Shown here piece by piece: positions 1 to 14,128 of a stretch of 64,000 nucleotides of DNA (its first letter is position 1; each line of letters opens with the position of its first letter). The translations under genes were made by a program, and so were the position numbers. The notes under the pieces are model-generated. The model searched no databases, was not told the origin of the DNA, and saw only the letters and a program-made list of their open reading frames with translations. This DNA comes from Leucoraja erinacea (Eukaryota): assembly GCF_028641065.1 (NCBI RefSeq), contig NC_073389.1:23498001-23562000 (forward strand), read 5' to 3'.

Positions 1-54
1 TTGTCATTTGTCAAATCAAAGATGAGGAAAACCACAACAAAAAGGAAACTGTCA

Positions 55-255
<201 letters not shown>

Positions 256-678
256 TTAGCAAGATTTCTGCAGTACTTTGACTACCTCGCTTTAATGCCA
301 ACAAGAATATAAAAACTCTTGCACTTTATCTTCCTAAGCTCACACCTGATTTTTTGTTTAAACTGTATGCACTACAAATACTGGAAAGAAAGAAAAAACA
401 TGAAATATGTACTGTGAATGCCTCTACATGCATGCACATGCACACACACACAAACACATGTAGAAAGCAACATACTCATCAGAATGATTATTTATGTAAG
501 AAAGTAAAACCAGCTGACCATGAAATCAGCTGTTGCAACCTAGTTCAATATTTTTTTAAAGTTTTTAGAGAAATTATAACTCAAATGTCCTAATTATTTC
601 TATTCAGAAGAATACACAATCAGATAATTATTCAAACAAAATATGATTTATTTATTCAAAATTTTGAAAAGAGAATCA

Positions 679-852
<174 letters not shown>

Positions 853-879
853 TCATAACAAATCGCAACAAACATGTCA

Positions 880-1323
<444 letters not shown>

Positions 1324-1554
1324 TTAGAAAAGAAAAATAACGTTAGCGATCATTTAAAGATGAAAATACTCATTTTGTGAAAACCTTGCGGATTATTTTT
1401 CTATTCTTAACTCTAAATACTAATTAATTTAATTAAAAGCAGCAAAAAGGAGAATAATGGATGCTAATCAATCTGTTCTAAAGATAGATATATTTGTGCT
1501 TTGAGTGCAGACCTGCCTCTCATTAAAAAAAATAAGATAAACAGACTCATGAAT

Positions 1555-1870
1555 TAGTTTAGTTTGTTTAGTTAAGTTTAGAGATGCAGTGTGAAAGTAG
1601 GCCCTTCGGCCCACCGAGTCCACTCTGACCAACGATCACCCATACACAAGCTCTAAGTTATCCCTACACGTTAGGGGGAATTTACAGAAGGCAATTAATC
1701 ATCAAACCTGCACGTCTTTGGAGTGTGGGAGGAAATTGGAGCACCCAAAAAACCCCATGTGGTCACAGGCAGAACGTACAAACTCCGTACAAACAGTACC
1801 TGTAGTCAGAATCTAACCCGTGTCTCTGACGCTGTAAGCAGCAACTCAACTGCTGCCCCATTGTGCTGGC
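1555..1870 (-). mobile_element. tRNA-derived SINE, HE1/V-SINE-like
   Basis: tRNA-like head, conserved GGAGTTTGTACGTTCT...TTCCTCCCACACTCCAAAGAC core, CR1-like tail ending in (TAAAC)n. Confidence 0.85.
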
Positions 1871-2309
1871 CCTAATACAATCAGCAAAAGGAGCATACAC
1901 AGGTAAAGACACCAACTGGATACGGTGATATGGAATAACATGACTGCTCATTTCAATAGTTATAATGTGTAAATTAGGTGTACATCAAATATGCACAACA
2001 ATCACAATGCATGAAGAACTTGGGTCAACGGATTTAAATCTGGACAGCACACAAACTTCACATCACTCGTTTGGTAGAAAAATGACTACATACAGTCTAC
2101 AGCATTCCAGGTGATGCACCATCAAAGGCCACAAATCCTAACCCTCTACCATACCAAAAATCTAGCCTACCCTGAGAACTGAGAAAGAAGCAAGCAAGGG
2201 CAGCAGGCCGGGAAATGAAGACTCAGAAAATGCTGCAATTAATCTGCAGATCAGGAAATGTGTGACAAGATAAATCAGAGTTGATGTTTCAGGTTGACGA
2301 TCCTTTGTT

Positions 2310-2855
2310 GTTTGATTGATTGATTGAATGATACAGCATAGAAACAGACCTCTCGGCCCACTAAGTCCACACCGACCATCGATCACCTGTTCATACTAGT
2401 TCTATGTTATCCCGCTTTATCATCCACTCCCTACACGTTAAGGGGAATTTACACAAGGTGATGAGAAGGAATTTCTTTAGTCCGAGAGTGGTGAATCTGT
2501 GGAATTATTAGCCAAAGAAGGCTGTGGAGGCCGTCAATGGATATTTTTAAGGCAGATATAGATTTTTGATTAGTACGGGTGTCGGATTATGGGGAGAAGG
2601 CAGGAGAATGGGGTTAGGGGAAAGCGATGCATCAGACATGATTGAATGGTGGAGCAGACTTGATGGGCTGAATGGCCTAATTCTGTTTCCATCACATATG
2701 AGGCCAATTAACCTACAAACCCACACATCTTTGGGATGTGGGAGCAAACCAGAGCACCGGGAGAAATCCCACTCAAAAACCTCAACAGAAACTCCACACG
2801 CCAGCACCCGAGGGTCTCTCCCACTGTGAGGACTGGCTCCAACAGCTGTGCCACA
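2310..2855 (-). mobile_element. HE1-like SINE interrupted by a plus-strand CR1 3' fragment (~2457-2695)
   Basis: SINE tail at 2310-2455 and core at 2700-2855 flank a CR1 3' end (GATGAGAAGGAATTTCTTTAG...GGGCTGAATGGCCTAATTCTG). Confidence 0.75.
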
Positions 2856-3399
2856 CTCTAATTGTGAAAGAGGAGGTAGAGGGTCTCGACCCGAAACGTC
2901 ACCTATTCCTTCTCTCCATAGAAGCTGCCTTACCCGCTGAGTTTCTCCAGCATTTTTGTCTACCCTCTATTTGTGAAAGGTCATTTATCTGAAACATTGA
3001 CTGCGCTTCTACCTCCACATGTGCTACCTCGTACCTGCTGCCCTGAGCATTTCTAATATTTTTTGTTTTCAATTTCAGATTTCCAACACCCAGTTTCATT
3101 TCTTTGCTTTTCAAACAGAAAAGCATTCCCTCCACTCATGCTGCCTGATCTGCTGATCTGTTGGGTTTTGCTGAAGATACCAGCATCTGCAGTCTCTGTT
3201 GTCTGCTTTGCTTAGGTTACCACTGAACCATTGGAGGTGGTCGGCCTGCTGGTGGAACATTGAGTCCAGTGTAACGTCCCGTAGGTAAGTTGGTATCTAT
3301 AGGGATAGTGCAGTAGGACTGAACTTAAATGTAAAATAAGATGAACTGAGGTGGTGGTGGACCAGAGGGATGGGATGGGAGAGGGTTTAAAAGCCAAGT

Positions 3400-3700
3400 A
3401 ATGGGTCAGCGAGGGCAGGAGACGGAGGGTGCGGGTCAGGGACCGGGGGTGCCCAGCAGCTGCAGCCACCAACCCCCGCCCGGCATCGCTCCCGCCCGCA
3501 GGATCTGCCCCCCGGGAGCCCACCCTGACCCGCATGGCCGCTCCTCTCTCCCCCTCCCCGTCCCCTCCTCACCCTCCGCCTTCCACACGGTGACAGTGAC
3601 CAGACCCGGCGTCACTCTCTGCAACTTCCGACCGGCTCCTCCCGCCGCTGGAGAAACGTTCCGCTTCTGGCGCTGTTATGTAAACCTTGACACCAAAGAT
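3400..3700 (-). promoter_or_regulatory. CpG island, probable RIOX2 promoter and non-coding exon 1
   Basis: GC/CpG-rich island in AT-rich DNA about 2.2 kb upstream of the RIOX2 ATG exon. ETS-like CGGAAGT (minus, ~3624-3630) and candidate donor GAGG|GTGAGG at 3573/3572. Confidence 0.7.
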
Positions 3701-4544
3701 GCTAGAGTAGAGGGCCTCCTCTCGTCTCTTTGCTTTACATCCCTCGAGGTCTTAAAAAGAGTCCCGATCCGAAAAGTCACCCATCCCTTTTCTCCAGAGA
3801 TGCTGCCTGACCCGCTAAATTACTCCAGCACTTTGTGTCTGTATTTGGCATAAATCAGCACCTGCAGTTCTTTGTTTCTACACAAAGAAGCTCCTCTAGT
3901 ATCTTTGATGTCCACCACCTCCATCTGGTCTGACGAAGAGTTCAGGTCCGTATCCATGTTCTCCAGAGATGTTGCCTGACCCGCTGAGTTACTCCAGCAT
4001 TTTGTGCCTTTTTTTTTGTAAACCAGCATCTGCAGTTACTTGTATCTCCTTCTTACTGCCCCACTCTCAAATCTCCAGGTATGCTCACTTTGAAGAAGTT
4101 CTCTGACAAGAGACCTTCTCTCACTGCTTCGCTGATTTCTGCAAGATTAATCTGTAGAAGGGACCTGGCCCAAAACATCAACCATCCTTTTTGCTTCAAA
4201 GAAGCTGCCTGGCCCGCTGAGTTACTCCAGCACTTGAGTCCTTCTGCTCGGAGTTAGTTTGGTCATCCATGATTGTCCCAACATTTGACTGAAAGATAAG
4301 CATTGGGTGACTTGCCTACTTACATTAATAATAACAATATAATTATAAGTAAGAGAGGGCAGAAACAAGCCCTACTTCAGCCCACTGTGGCCATCTATAC
4401 TTTTCCCATTTATCAGCACTTGGCCCGTAGCCTTCTGTGATTTGGTTATTCAAGGCCTCATCCAGATACATCTCAGATATGGGAGGTGCCTCCATCACTG
4501 TCCCCAGGCAGTGCATTTCAAGTTCCAGCCACCTTATAGTCAGA

Positions 4545-5150
4545 GTAATAGTGTGGAAACAGGCCCTTCAGTCCAACTCGCCCAACAATGTCCCAGCTAC
4601 CCTAATCCCACTTGCCTATGCTTGGTCCATAACCCTCCAAACCTGTCGTATCCATGTACCTATCCAACTGTTTCTTAAACAATGGGATAGTCCCAGCCTC
4701 AACTATCTCCTCAGGCAGCTTGTTCCATACACCCACCACCCTCTGTGAAAAAGTTACCCCTATGATTCCTATTAAATCTTTTCCCCTTCAACTTGAACCT
4801 ATGTCCTCTGGTCCTCAATTCCCCTACTCTGGGTAAAAGACTGTGCATCTACCCGATCTATTCCTCTCATGATTTTGTAGACTTCTATACAATCTCCCCT
4901 CATCTTCCTATGCTCCATGGAATAGAGACCCAGCCTACTCAACCTCTCCCTATAGCTCACACCCTCTAGTCCTGGCAACATCCAAGTTTGACAATATCTT
5001 TCCTATAACATGGTGCCCAGAACTGAACACAATATTCTAAATGCGGTCTCACCAAAGTCTGATACAACTGCAACATGACCTCCCAACTCTTATACTTAAT
5101 ACTCTGACTGATGAAGGCTAAGGTGCCAAAAGCCTTTTTGACCACCTTCT
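4545..5150 (-). mobile_element. CR1 LINE 3' fragment
   Basis: Translates to MLPGLEGVSYRERLSRLGLYSMEHRKMRGDCIEVYKIMRGIDRV, the CR1 ORF2 C-terminus, followed by 3' UTR. Confidence 0.9.
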
Positions 5151-6144
5151 GGGTGAGTATGTTCTTTCACCTCTATCCCCACTCTAAGCCTGTTCTGAAG
5201 GTGTCTGAAGAGTCCCAACCCAAAACACCTCATCCCTCTGTCATCCAGAGATATTGCCTGACCTGCTGAGTTACGTCCGCTCTTTGTGTACTATGCTAGC
5301 CCTATGCCCTCCAGTTTTAGATGCCTCTCCTATGAGAAAGCTTCATACAATGTAGACCTTTATACCCTTCATAATTTAGCATACCTTGTTAGCAAAAATG
5401 TTTGTCATATGTACTGATAACACCTCAATGGAATTATTACTTGCAGCAGTGCAACAGCCTGTAAATACAATAACACAGATATTATCCCCAAAAATAATTA
5501 ATTAATAAACCATAATACTAGGTAACAACAGTAGTGGAGGAAAAAAAAGCCGTTAGTGTAATATGTCACAATCCAACCACTCTGCTCCAAGGAAAATCCA
5601 GCCTATACAATATCTCCTCATAACTGCAGGAGAGTGTAGTTTTCATTTAATTCATCCATTTATTTTAATCCAAAATAAAGACAATATGCTGCAGATAGAT
5701 GGAAGGCCTTTCAAATCTACTCACTGTAGGATTCCAAAATAGCCATTGAAGATATGTGATTAAACCTACCCTGCACTTCAGTCCAGTTTCATAAATGTAC
5801 ACAATTAAACAAACTTTGCTTAAGATTTTCTGGTTCTGATGCATTTATGTCTGTTTTCATGAACAATTTTCATGAAGAAACTGTATGGGCACCAAAATGT
5901 ATAACCTGCAAGAAAATGGATGAAGAGATGGGAAATGGAATTCTTTAGCGTCTTTTTTTTTTTTTTACAATGAGCTAAATGGCCTCCATAATGCTGGAAA
6001 TGTCCCTTATTTTTATGTCATATTACTCTCGGCCAATTTAGTGCAATTGAAATGTTGGAATCAAATGTTCAGGTTAATGCAAAATCGGTTGCAAGTCAAA
6101 CAACTTCAGGTCGCATCAAGAATGGAACTATTCAGAAATTGATC

Positions 6145-6150
6145 TTTATT
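6145..6150 (-). terminator. Candidate TIPRL polyadenylation signal AATAAA (alternative at 5659-5664)
   Basis: tttatt on the plus strand about 650 nt past the TIPRL stop, in repeat-free AT-rich sequence. Usage not verifiable. Confidence 0.4.
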
Positions 6151-6793
6151 TAAATTACATAGTTTACAGTGTTCCATGGTTTTAGAGATATCCATTATTG
6201 GTTTATAATGACTGGTCATCAACACAAAACCGCACAAATGTAACTTACAGCAGATAACTGACTGTAATGTTGATTTGTGTGGGCAAATGCTGTAATTTAC
6301 TTGTATTAATGGGAAAAGCATGAATGTAAAACAACACGAATGTCGTGGCATAGCTTTATACATATTACAGAACATCATGAATGGTGCAGTTTAAGTTTAC
6401 CGTTTTTGTATACTAATTTTATCCTTAATTACAATGACCAGTTATAAATCCCATTCACCTTTTCAGAGCTCAAATTGATTCAACATTTCACTGGCAAAAG
6501 AAATAGAAACACCAATAAGCCAGCACATTACAAAAAAAAACAAAAAACTGAAAGCTGCACTGCCTACAGTGCTTTAGCCTCTACTGTAAAAAGCCCAAAT
6601 TGTCAATCAAACCATTTAATAAATTCTGCCTTTGATAAATTATCCTTTACAGCTGTTAAAATGGTAGCTGCTGCTTTTGACAAGACAAAATTTACTGCAG
6701 CAGTTCCCCAATATATTGACAGTTACTAAAATAATCAACAGTATTACATTGGCCTATCATTTAAAAATGTTTTCTTCTTCCCTTCGTAGAATA

Positions 6794-6970
6794 TCACGTT
6801 TGTCTTGATTCTCTGTTAGCCTCGTCTGAATTAACACAGATGTGAACGTTTCCCAGCACAGTGCTGTTGTCCACATCCTCAGGGAATTCCAATTTCTCAC
6901 AGGTCAGCTGCTTCAGAGGTAAATACTGTGAGATCTCATTCGGATCAGTGAAAAGATATTGTGGAACATT
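6794..6970 (-). CDS. TIPRL: TIPRL coding exon 7 (last, includes stop)
   Basis: TTTCAG|AAT. Encodes NVPQYLFTDPNEISQYLPLKQLTCEKLEFPE...RQT*, matching the TIPRL/TIP41 C-terminus. Confidence 0.94.
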   Translation of the reverse strand, partial: NVPQYLFTDPNEISQYLPLKQLTCEKLEFPEDVDNSTVLGNVHICVNSDEANRESRQT

Positions 6971-7537
6971 CTGAAACAAAAAATGTATTCAGTGTTTACA
7001 TCTGGAGAGCTATCTACTCTATGGGATGGTAATATTTGAACACGATAATATATTCATGAATCCATTTCAGACTACTTGGATTCATACAGCTACGGGAAAA
7101 AAACATTGCACATTTGAATTCCATACAAAAGGGTTAAGCATTCCTGTGTTGCACGCCATATTTTAGGGTCAATTTCTAATTGGAACTCAATTGATTTTAG
7201 GTCTAAAAGATGTAGAAAGGTTAATAGACCATAAAATATTTAGTAGTTCTTAACTATAAAGCTCTCATTCATCTCCGGCTTAACATCTGCACTTTATGGT
7301 GATCGTTGATCAAAGGTAAATGCTGCATCTTTCTTTTAACAACAAGCAAATGTAAGCTTCGCAGGATTACTACTCAAAGTCAGGGTGCTAACACACATTA
7401 AAATCCCGTAACAACGGCTTTTGAGGTGTATTGCCAAATGTCACAATTCATTACAGATGGCAGAGTAGACTTGATGGGCTGAATGGACTAATTCTGCTCC
7501 TACAGCATGAACAAATCCCAAGTATTTTTAAAGTTAC

Positions 7538-7600
7538 CTGAAGAGCCGATATATAACTTTCCCGCGAACTGTACTCAGAAAGAAGGTAGTTTTTGTCAGC
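7538..7600 (-). CDS. TIPRL: TIPRL coding exon 6
   Basis: 63 nt, CTTAG|GCT...CAG|GTAACT. Encodes ADKNYLLSEYSSRESYISALQ. Confidence 0.92.
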
Positions 7601-9671
7601 CTAAGAAAAAAATACGTTAAATGATCAATATTATTTATTATAAAAAAATACAACTTGAGTTTTCATAACTATTTACATTTTATATTGTGTTATTGCATTT
7701 CTCTCTATAAACTATTACCAAGAGTCTGGTTTATTTTAAAACATCAAAAGACACGGATGATTAAATTAGTGCATTCTGCACAACAGTCTCTACCAGTCTC
7801 TACCAATAGCGTATGCGGAGCATGGCCACAATAATTAGACACCACTGCCTCTTGAAGAACACAGGTTGCTTGCTGATTGCACTGCAGGAGGTTATTGAAA
7901 TTGACAAGCTATTGCCTTGATCGACACTTGTGCAATGATACTCTATTAAACATTGTAACAACCAGCCTTTGGTATTTTTAGCTTGCAGTGACAAAGATAC
8001 ATTTTTAACTGTTACAAAGAACTTTGTATTTGAAAACAACTCGTTGTCTCACAGGGTGACCGCTCCCCCCTCACCATGGTCCGTTATAATGAGGGTTATT
8101 TGAATTTTCTGCTTTTCTGACAGATTTTCTGTATCTGAAATACTTTATTCAGTATTTGGAATTCACCAATAAGTTAGAAATATCCTGACATTTTCAAAAC
8201 TGGAAAATGCTACTTAATATTTTCTTGGAATAATGTAACTAATCTCGAGATAACAAAGGATGAAGACTATTTATCCCACTCTAATGTATCAGCACTGAGC
8301 AAACCTGTATTATTCAACCATTTCAAATTTTTGCAAAAGACATCACACATTTAATTGATTGCACTCTGACCAATGATTTCATGATATTGATAATGGAACA
8401 CAAGATTAAAAACACTGAAGAGGTAAATAAAAAGTGGTCTCTTAAAACTAAAATAGAGTCCTCAAGCTAAGCAATAAAAACACAAAAATATCATGCACCT
8501 CTTGCAAATGATTGATCTTACCCTAACAGCAGATCGGAAAGTAATACAAAATTTGAGCCCAAGTTGATTAAGTGACTGAGGAAAATAGTTTTAACGTCAA
8601 AAAGTAGACAATCATATTTAAATAAAACATTTTATTTCCATTTCTAGTTGTAGCCTTGGTCTAAGCAGGGAAATCATTTTTTTATTATGCACAAGTGGGG
8701 AGGTTTGAGCTTATGCTTATGCTGAGGATGAACAAGTGTGGATTTCATTCTCAAAGGTTTGGGATGACTCTCGTTCTCTCAAACACCAATGTGATAATGA
8801 CCAAGTAATCTGTTATGTTATTATCTCTCTTATCTCAGGAATAGCTTCTCCTCGATTATCAGGCTTCTGAATGGTCCTTCCATATTCAGCTTCCCATTCA
8901 CCTCTACCCCATAGCGAACAATGGACTTTGTCCACTGGTGCGCCACAATGCTGAGAACTCTATTCTGCACTCTGTATCTCCCCCTTTGCTCCTTCTATTG
9001 TACTTGAGTTTGATCGGATTGTATCCATGCATGGTATATCTGATTTATTTGGCTAGTATGCAAAACAAAGCTTTTCACTGCAGTTCAGTACATGTGACAA
9101 TAATAAACCTAAACCTAGTTAAGACACTAGCATAACTTCCCTGGTCTTCTTCAAAATAATACCATGGGACTTTTTTGCATCCAACTAAGTGGAATCAGAG
9201 GCCTTGGAGGTAGCACATCCAGTAATGCAGCATTTTTTTGTTTTTGCATGAGGCTATTTTCATGCATTAGTCCCCAACTCCAAGGTGACAAGTTAGTTGC
9301 AGTTGCTGCGATCATTGGGCAAGACAAAATTAATGTATCGGCAACATATAAACTGGTGTATACGTAGCTGAAAATAGCCAAAGATTCTGGGAAGAGTAGG
9401 AGAAAGTGTACCAAAACAAGTTATGATACTTCTATGGACATTCATGCAGTATAGAGTTGGTGATCATCTGATCAGAATCTAAATTCTTCCTAATAACCAG
9501 TCCAAAAATCACAGAATAATTAAGAATGAATGACAGGTTTGCATTTAAAAACTTAAAATTGCAGTTTAAATGTATTAAGGTAGTTAATGGAGAACTGGTC
9601 AAATGCATAACTATAGTACCATTACAATACTGAAATATGTGGGTGAAACAAAGTTATTTATCCATTCTTAC

Positions 9672-9767
9672 CTCATGATAAACTCTCGTGTCATTTGTCC
9701 GTATGAGTACACCATCAACTCTCAAGAAAAATCTCAGCAGAACGAAGAAACTAGATGGCATAACTCT
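9672..9767 (-). CDS. TIPRL: TIPRL coding exon 5
   Basis: 96 nt, TTCCAG|AGA...GAG|GTAAGA. Encodes [32 protein letters not shown]. Confidence 0.96.
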
Positions 9768-9815
9768 CTGGAAGAGAAAGATTAATTAATCAATCAACTG
9801 TACTACACAGTTGGT

Positions 9816-10115
9816 GGCACAATGGCGCAGGTGGTAGAGTCACTGCCTCACAGCGCAAGAGACTCGGGTATGATCCTGACCTTGGGTGCTGTCTGCGTAG
9901 CGTTTGCACATTCTCCCTGTAACTGCCTGGGTTTCTTCCGGGTGTTCTGCTTTCCTCCCACATCCCAGACATGTGGGTTTGTTGGCGAATTGGCCTCCAT
10001 AAAATAGCCCCTAATGTGCAGGCCGTGGTATCATAGAACAAGTATTGACCCGTGATCGAAGGTTGATGTGGATTTGGTGGACTGAAGCACCTGCTTCCAT
10101 GCTGTATCTCTAAAC
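9816..10115 (+). mobile_element. HE1-like SINE
   Basis: TGGCGCAGGTGG A-box-like and GGTATGATCC B-box-like motifs, conserved core and tail. Confidence 0.85.
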
Positions 10116-10299
10116 ATTGGTCACAATTTCCCCACAATACCATATTAACTAATTCCATATTTCTTTTCTACATTTGAGTAATGAAATATTTGAGTAACCA
10201 GAAAAATCCTCAGAAACTTTGTTTTGTAACAAAGTGAATAAAAGGTATCCACCTCAGCAAAAAAAAAAAAAAATTGTCAGCAGAGAATAAATGGTTGCT

Positions 10300-10620
10300 G
10301 AAACAAGGAACTGCAGATGCTGGTTTACAGAAAGAGATACAAAGTGCTGGAGTAACTCAGCAAACAGGCAGATTTTCTGGAGAACTTGGACAGGTAACTT
10401 TTTGTGCCGGGACCCTTCTTCAGACTGATCTTCGGAGGAGGGGGCCGGGGAGGGAGATAGAAAGCTGGAAGAGAAGAGGGGAAGGACAAAGCATAGCAAA
10501 TGATAGGTGAACACATTTAAGGCGGGGGGAGAGGGAGGGGGGGAAATGGTGGACGAAGGCCAGGGATGAAAAAAAAAAACAGGTGAGACGAAAGAATTGA
10601 AGAGTTCCAAATTGTACGAA
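10300..10620 (-). mobile_element. Penelope terminal-repeat fragment with degenerate hammerhead motif
   Basis: AAGGAACTGCAGATGCTGG...GGAGTAACTCAGC...GACCCTTCTTCAGACTG plus a purine-rich segment, same family as 49970-50150. Confidence 0.7.
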
Positions 10621-11453
10621 AAAGAAACGGTGCTCTTGAACCATAAGGTAAACAACCACAAGGTAAATCTCAATTTTTTTTTTTTTAACTACAGCATAAG
10701 TTGTGTTAACAACCTAGTCTCCTGATTTTCTTTATAAGACTGTCCTTACTTTAAACAGGACTTTAAAAATGTGCTATTCTATTTGGAGTAATCACTGCAA
10801 CTATCATTTTCAATGGGATAAGGACATCTTAACTATTAAATGAATAAATACCATATACAGAAACCTGTCACAAGACAAGTTGACAATGCTGTTGAAAAGC
10901 ATAAGGATTCTTAGCATCATAAATAAAACGCAAAAAACTATCACGCCAAAGGACAATTAAAATTATTAAAAAGCTTCAAGTTTGTTAACACCAAATCCCA
11001 CATGGTTTATGGACCTGATATAAAATAATATCTACCCATGAAGGAACATAAAAATTATTATTGTACTCATTCAAAATTTGTTTGGAGTGTAGTTTTAAGT
11101 AATCCACAAACATATATGGTTAAAAAAGCCAAAGTGCTGGAGTTAACAAGTCTGGCAGCTTCCCTGGAGAACATGGATATATTACATGAATATTTTGGGT
11201 CAAGACCCTTCTTCAGATTGGAGAGCAGCAGGAATCACAGATGGGGAGCAATGAGAAAGTGTCTCACAGAACTCTTAGAGCAAGGAGGAGAATATTTTCA
11301 AAGTGGGCATATCTTGAGTAGATTTTGCAGTGGAGCTGCCAAAATGTAGATATATAGTTCTGGTATTCTTGGCAGAAAAAGCTATAATTCTATTTTCAGC
11401 CTTCCTTGCACAAGGGATGGTTAACAAAGAAACTGTCATGTAATACATCTTAC

Positions 11454-11585
11454 CACTTTTACGCTCAGCATGGAAACACCATGATCATGAAGTTCATCTT
11501 CAAACAACAAAACTTCTTCAAAATACATGATTTGTTCTCTTGTTTTCAATTTCTCCAGATCAATGCGTTCAGTTGTGGGAGTGAC
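11454..11585 (-). CDS. TIPRL: TIPRL coding exon 4
   Basis: 132 nt, TTATAG|GTC...GTG|GTAAGA. Encodes [44 protein letters not shown]. Confidence 0.96.
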
Positions 11586-12189
11586 CTATAAAAAGATGTA
11601 TGTTTTCCATTCAGCCAACTAATGATACAAGGAACTGCAGGTGCTGAAGTCTTATTCTGGAGAAACTCAGCAGGTCAGGCAGACCCAGTCTGAATAAGGA
11701 TTCCAACACAAAACAATGCCTATTCATGTCTTTCAGAGATGCTGCCTGACCCACTGAGTTACTCCAGCACTTGCATTCTACTGAATGATGTTCGATTGTT
11801 TAACATGTTATATGTGTAGCAGCTTTAATTTACAAAACGTTGTAAGTTGCTTCACAAAAAGTAAACATTTTTTTACATCAACCATTTAAGGAGATATTAG
11901 GACAAATGGTCAAAAAGGTGTTCAGAAAGATGGAATGTCTTACAGAAGGAAAGAGGTGGGAGGTAATAACAGTGTTTGGGGACTAGGAAGCTGAAAGTCC
12001 AGGCACCAAGGTACAGATTAAATTCAAGAGGCTTGAATTGTTGAACATAAGCATTTAACATTTGTTTAGAGGAGACAGGCACAAAGGAATATGAAGGTAT
12101 GAATGAGAATTTAAAAAAATGCTAACCAGAAATCAATGCAAGTCACCAATTACATTGTAAATAAGTTAAAAGTACATCAGAAAAGTTAA

Positions 12190-12405
12190 AGAAACAAGGA
12201 ACTGCAGGTGCTGATTTACAAAAGGAGCACAAAAAGCTAGAGTAACTCAACAGGTCAGGCAGCATCTCTGGGGAACATGGATAGGTACCATTTTGGGTCA
12301 GGACCCTTCTTCAGACTAAGAGGGTCATGACTCGAAACGTCACATATCCACGCTCTCCAGAAATATTGCCCGACCCGTTGTTACTCCAGCTCTTTGTGTC
12401 TTCAT
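12190..12405. mobile_element. Palindromic Penelope-derived short element
   Basis: Two inverted arms meeting at ~12310-12320. A similar degraded unit lies at ~11630-11775. Confidence 0.7.
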
Positions 12406-13224
12406 CAGAAAACTTGAGACTGACAACATTTTTACACGAACAAAGGATGCCAGCTAGGTGTGAACTAATCAATTACAGCAGAGGACTGTATGGAGTTTTA
12501 TGTTCTCACATAGGTATGATCACGTGAGTTTGCTCTGGGTGCTCAGGTTTCTTCCCACATGCCAAAGACGTGCAGGTTTGTAGGTTAATTGGCTGCTGTA
12601 AATTATCCCTAGCATGTAGGATAGAACAAGTGAATGAGTGATTGCTGGTCAGTGCGGACTTGGTGGGCTTGTTTGCACGCTGTGTCTCTAAATGAATCTA
12701 AGAAACAAAAGTGTGGCTGAGGATTTCAACACCTGAGGCAAAGAAGAATTTTAAGGGAGAAATTGATAGAAAATAGCAGGATATATGGTCTTAATCTCAT
12801 CTCAGTCAAAAATAACACGAGGCAGTGCACAATTTTGTTTGGTTTCAGACCATTTCCATGCTAAGTCTATAGCTATGAAATGGGGTAGCACTGAGTATCA
12901 AGGTGGATTCTCTTTCCATTATTGTGCTACTGAGGTGGAGCTGAGTATCATGTGGAAAATAATATTGTATTTTTACTGTTAAGGAATAAGATAGTTAAAG
13001 TAGAAATTAGAACTGAAAATGCTAGCAAATCTTAGTATTTTAGGTGGGATTTGTGGAAGGCGAAGCAGAATTAACGTATCATGTTGATAATCTTTCATCA
13101 GAATAGATATATTAACCCTTCACATTAAATGACACTGGTAAAAACTGCTAATTTTATGATTGTGCTCCTCTAACAGGCGAACAGTCTTAAACATAACAAT
13201 GAGATTGAAGTTGACAATTCTTAC

Positions 13225-13321
13225 CTTTAACTTTAAATTATCACCAAGTAATGTTCCTTTATAGCTTGTGGTAAATGTCCAATCGTAAGGTTTAACAACC
13301 TTTGAGTGTTCAGAATCAGCC
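13225..13321 (-). CDS. TIPRL: TIPRL coding exon 3
   Basis: 97 nt, CCTAG|G...AAG|GTAAGA. Encodes [32 protein letters not shown]. Confidence 0.95.
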
Positions 13322-13529
13322 CTAGGATTAAAATATTTATATAGTTTCAAAATAATGCAAACACTTAAATGGTAGCCTAAAAGATACCCCTTTTAAAATT
13401 TTCAGTGATCATAAAGTTCATGGTATAATTTCTTAGTGAAAAACTTATTTATAATGTTAAAATCAAGTATTGAAGTAGTGCTACTTCTAGTAGCTGAAAA
13501 ATATTCCAAAACTCCAAAGGTACATTTCT

Positions 13530-13842
13530 GGTGTTGCAGTGGCGCGGCAGTAGAGCTGCTGCCTCACAGCAACAAAGAGACGGGTTCAATCCCAACTACA
13601 GGTGCAGTCTGCGCGGAGTTTGTACGTTTCCTGTGACCACGTGGGTTTTCTCCGGGTGCTCTGGTTTCCCCCACATTCCAAAAACGTGTAGGTTTGTAGT
13701 TTAATTGGCCTCGGTCAATTTACCATTGTGCGTAGGTCAGGATTCAAAAGTGGTATAACATAGAACTAGCTTATGGATGATTGATGGTTGACATGGACTC
13801 AGTGAGCCGAAAGGTCTGTTTCAACATTGTATCTCTAAACAA
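13530..13842 (+). mobile_element. HE1-like SINE
   Basis: A/B-box-like head (GTGGCGCGGCAG, GGTTCAATCC), conserved core and tail. Confidence 0.85.
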
Positions 13843-13948
13843 AATCCAGTTACATATAATCAAAGTCTGAACAATCATCATCATTAGACTGCAAAAATCA
13901 TAAACATTCCCTTCTGAAGTAAAAGACAAAGTTGAAATATGTCCTCAC

Positions 13949-14128
13949 CTGCTCTCCTGCCATGCATCCGCACATGCCACTTTAACTGTACCATGCCCGT
14001 TATCCACTGTCCTTAAGGCATCTGTTGCATTAAATACAATTCCAAATCCACCAGCATGTTGAACCTTTAAAACATTATCACCAAACAACATCTCTGGCAG
14101 AGAATGCATCTTCATTTCCTCAGCTAAC
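13949..14128 (-). CDS. TIPRL: TIPRL coding exon 2
   Basis: 180 nt, CTACAG|G...AG|GTGAGG. Encodes [59 protein letters not shown]. Confidence 0.96.

Noticed and set aside
3212-3853. Overlapping ORFs in the RIOX2 CpG island
   Set aside because: GC-rich, stop-poor sequence with low-complexity translations and no recognisable homology.
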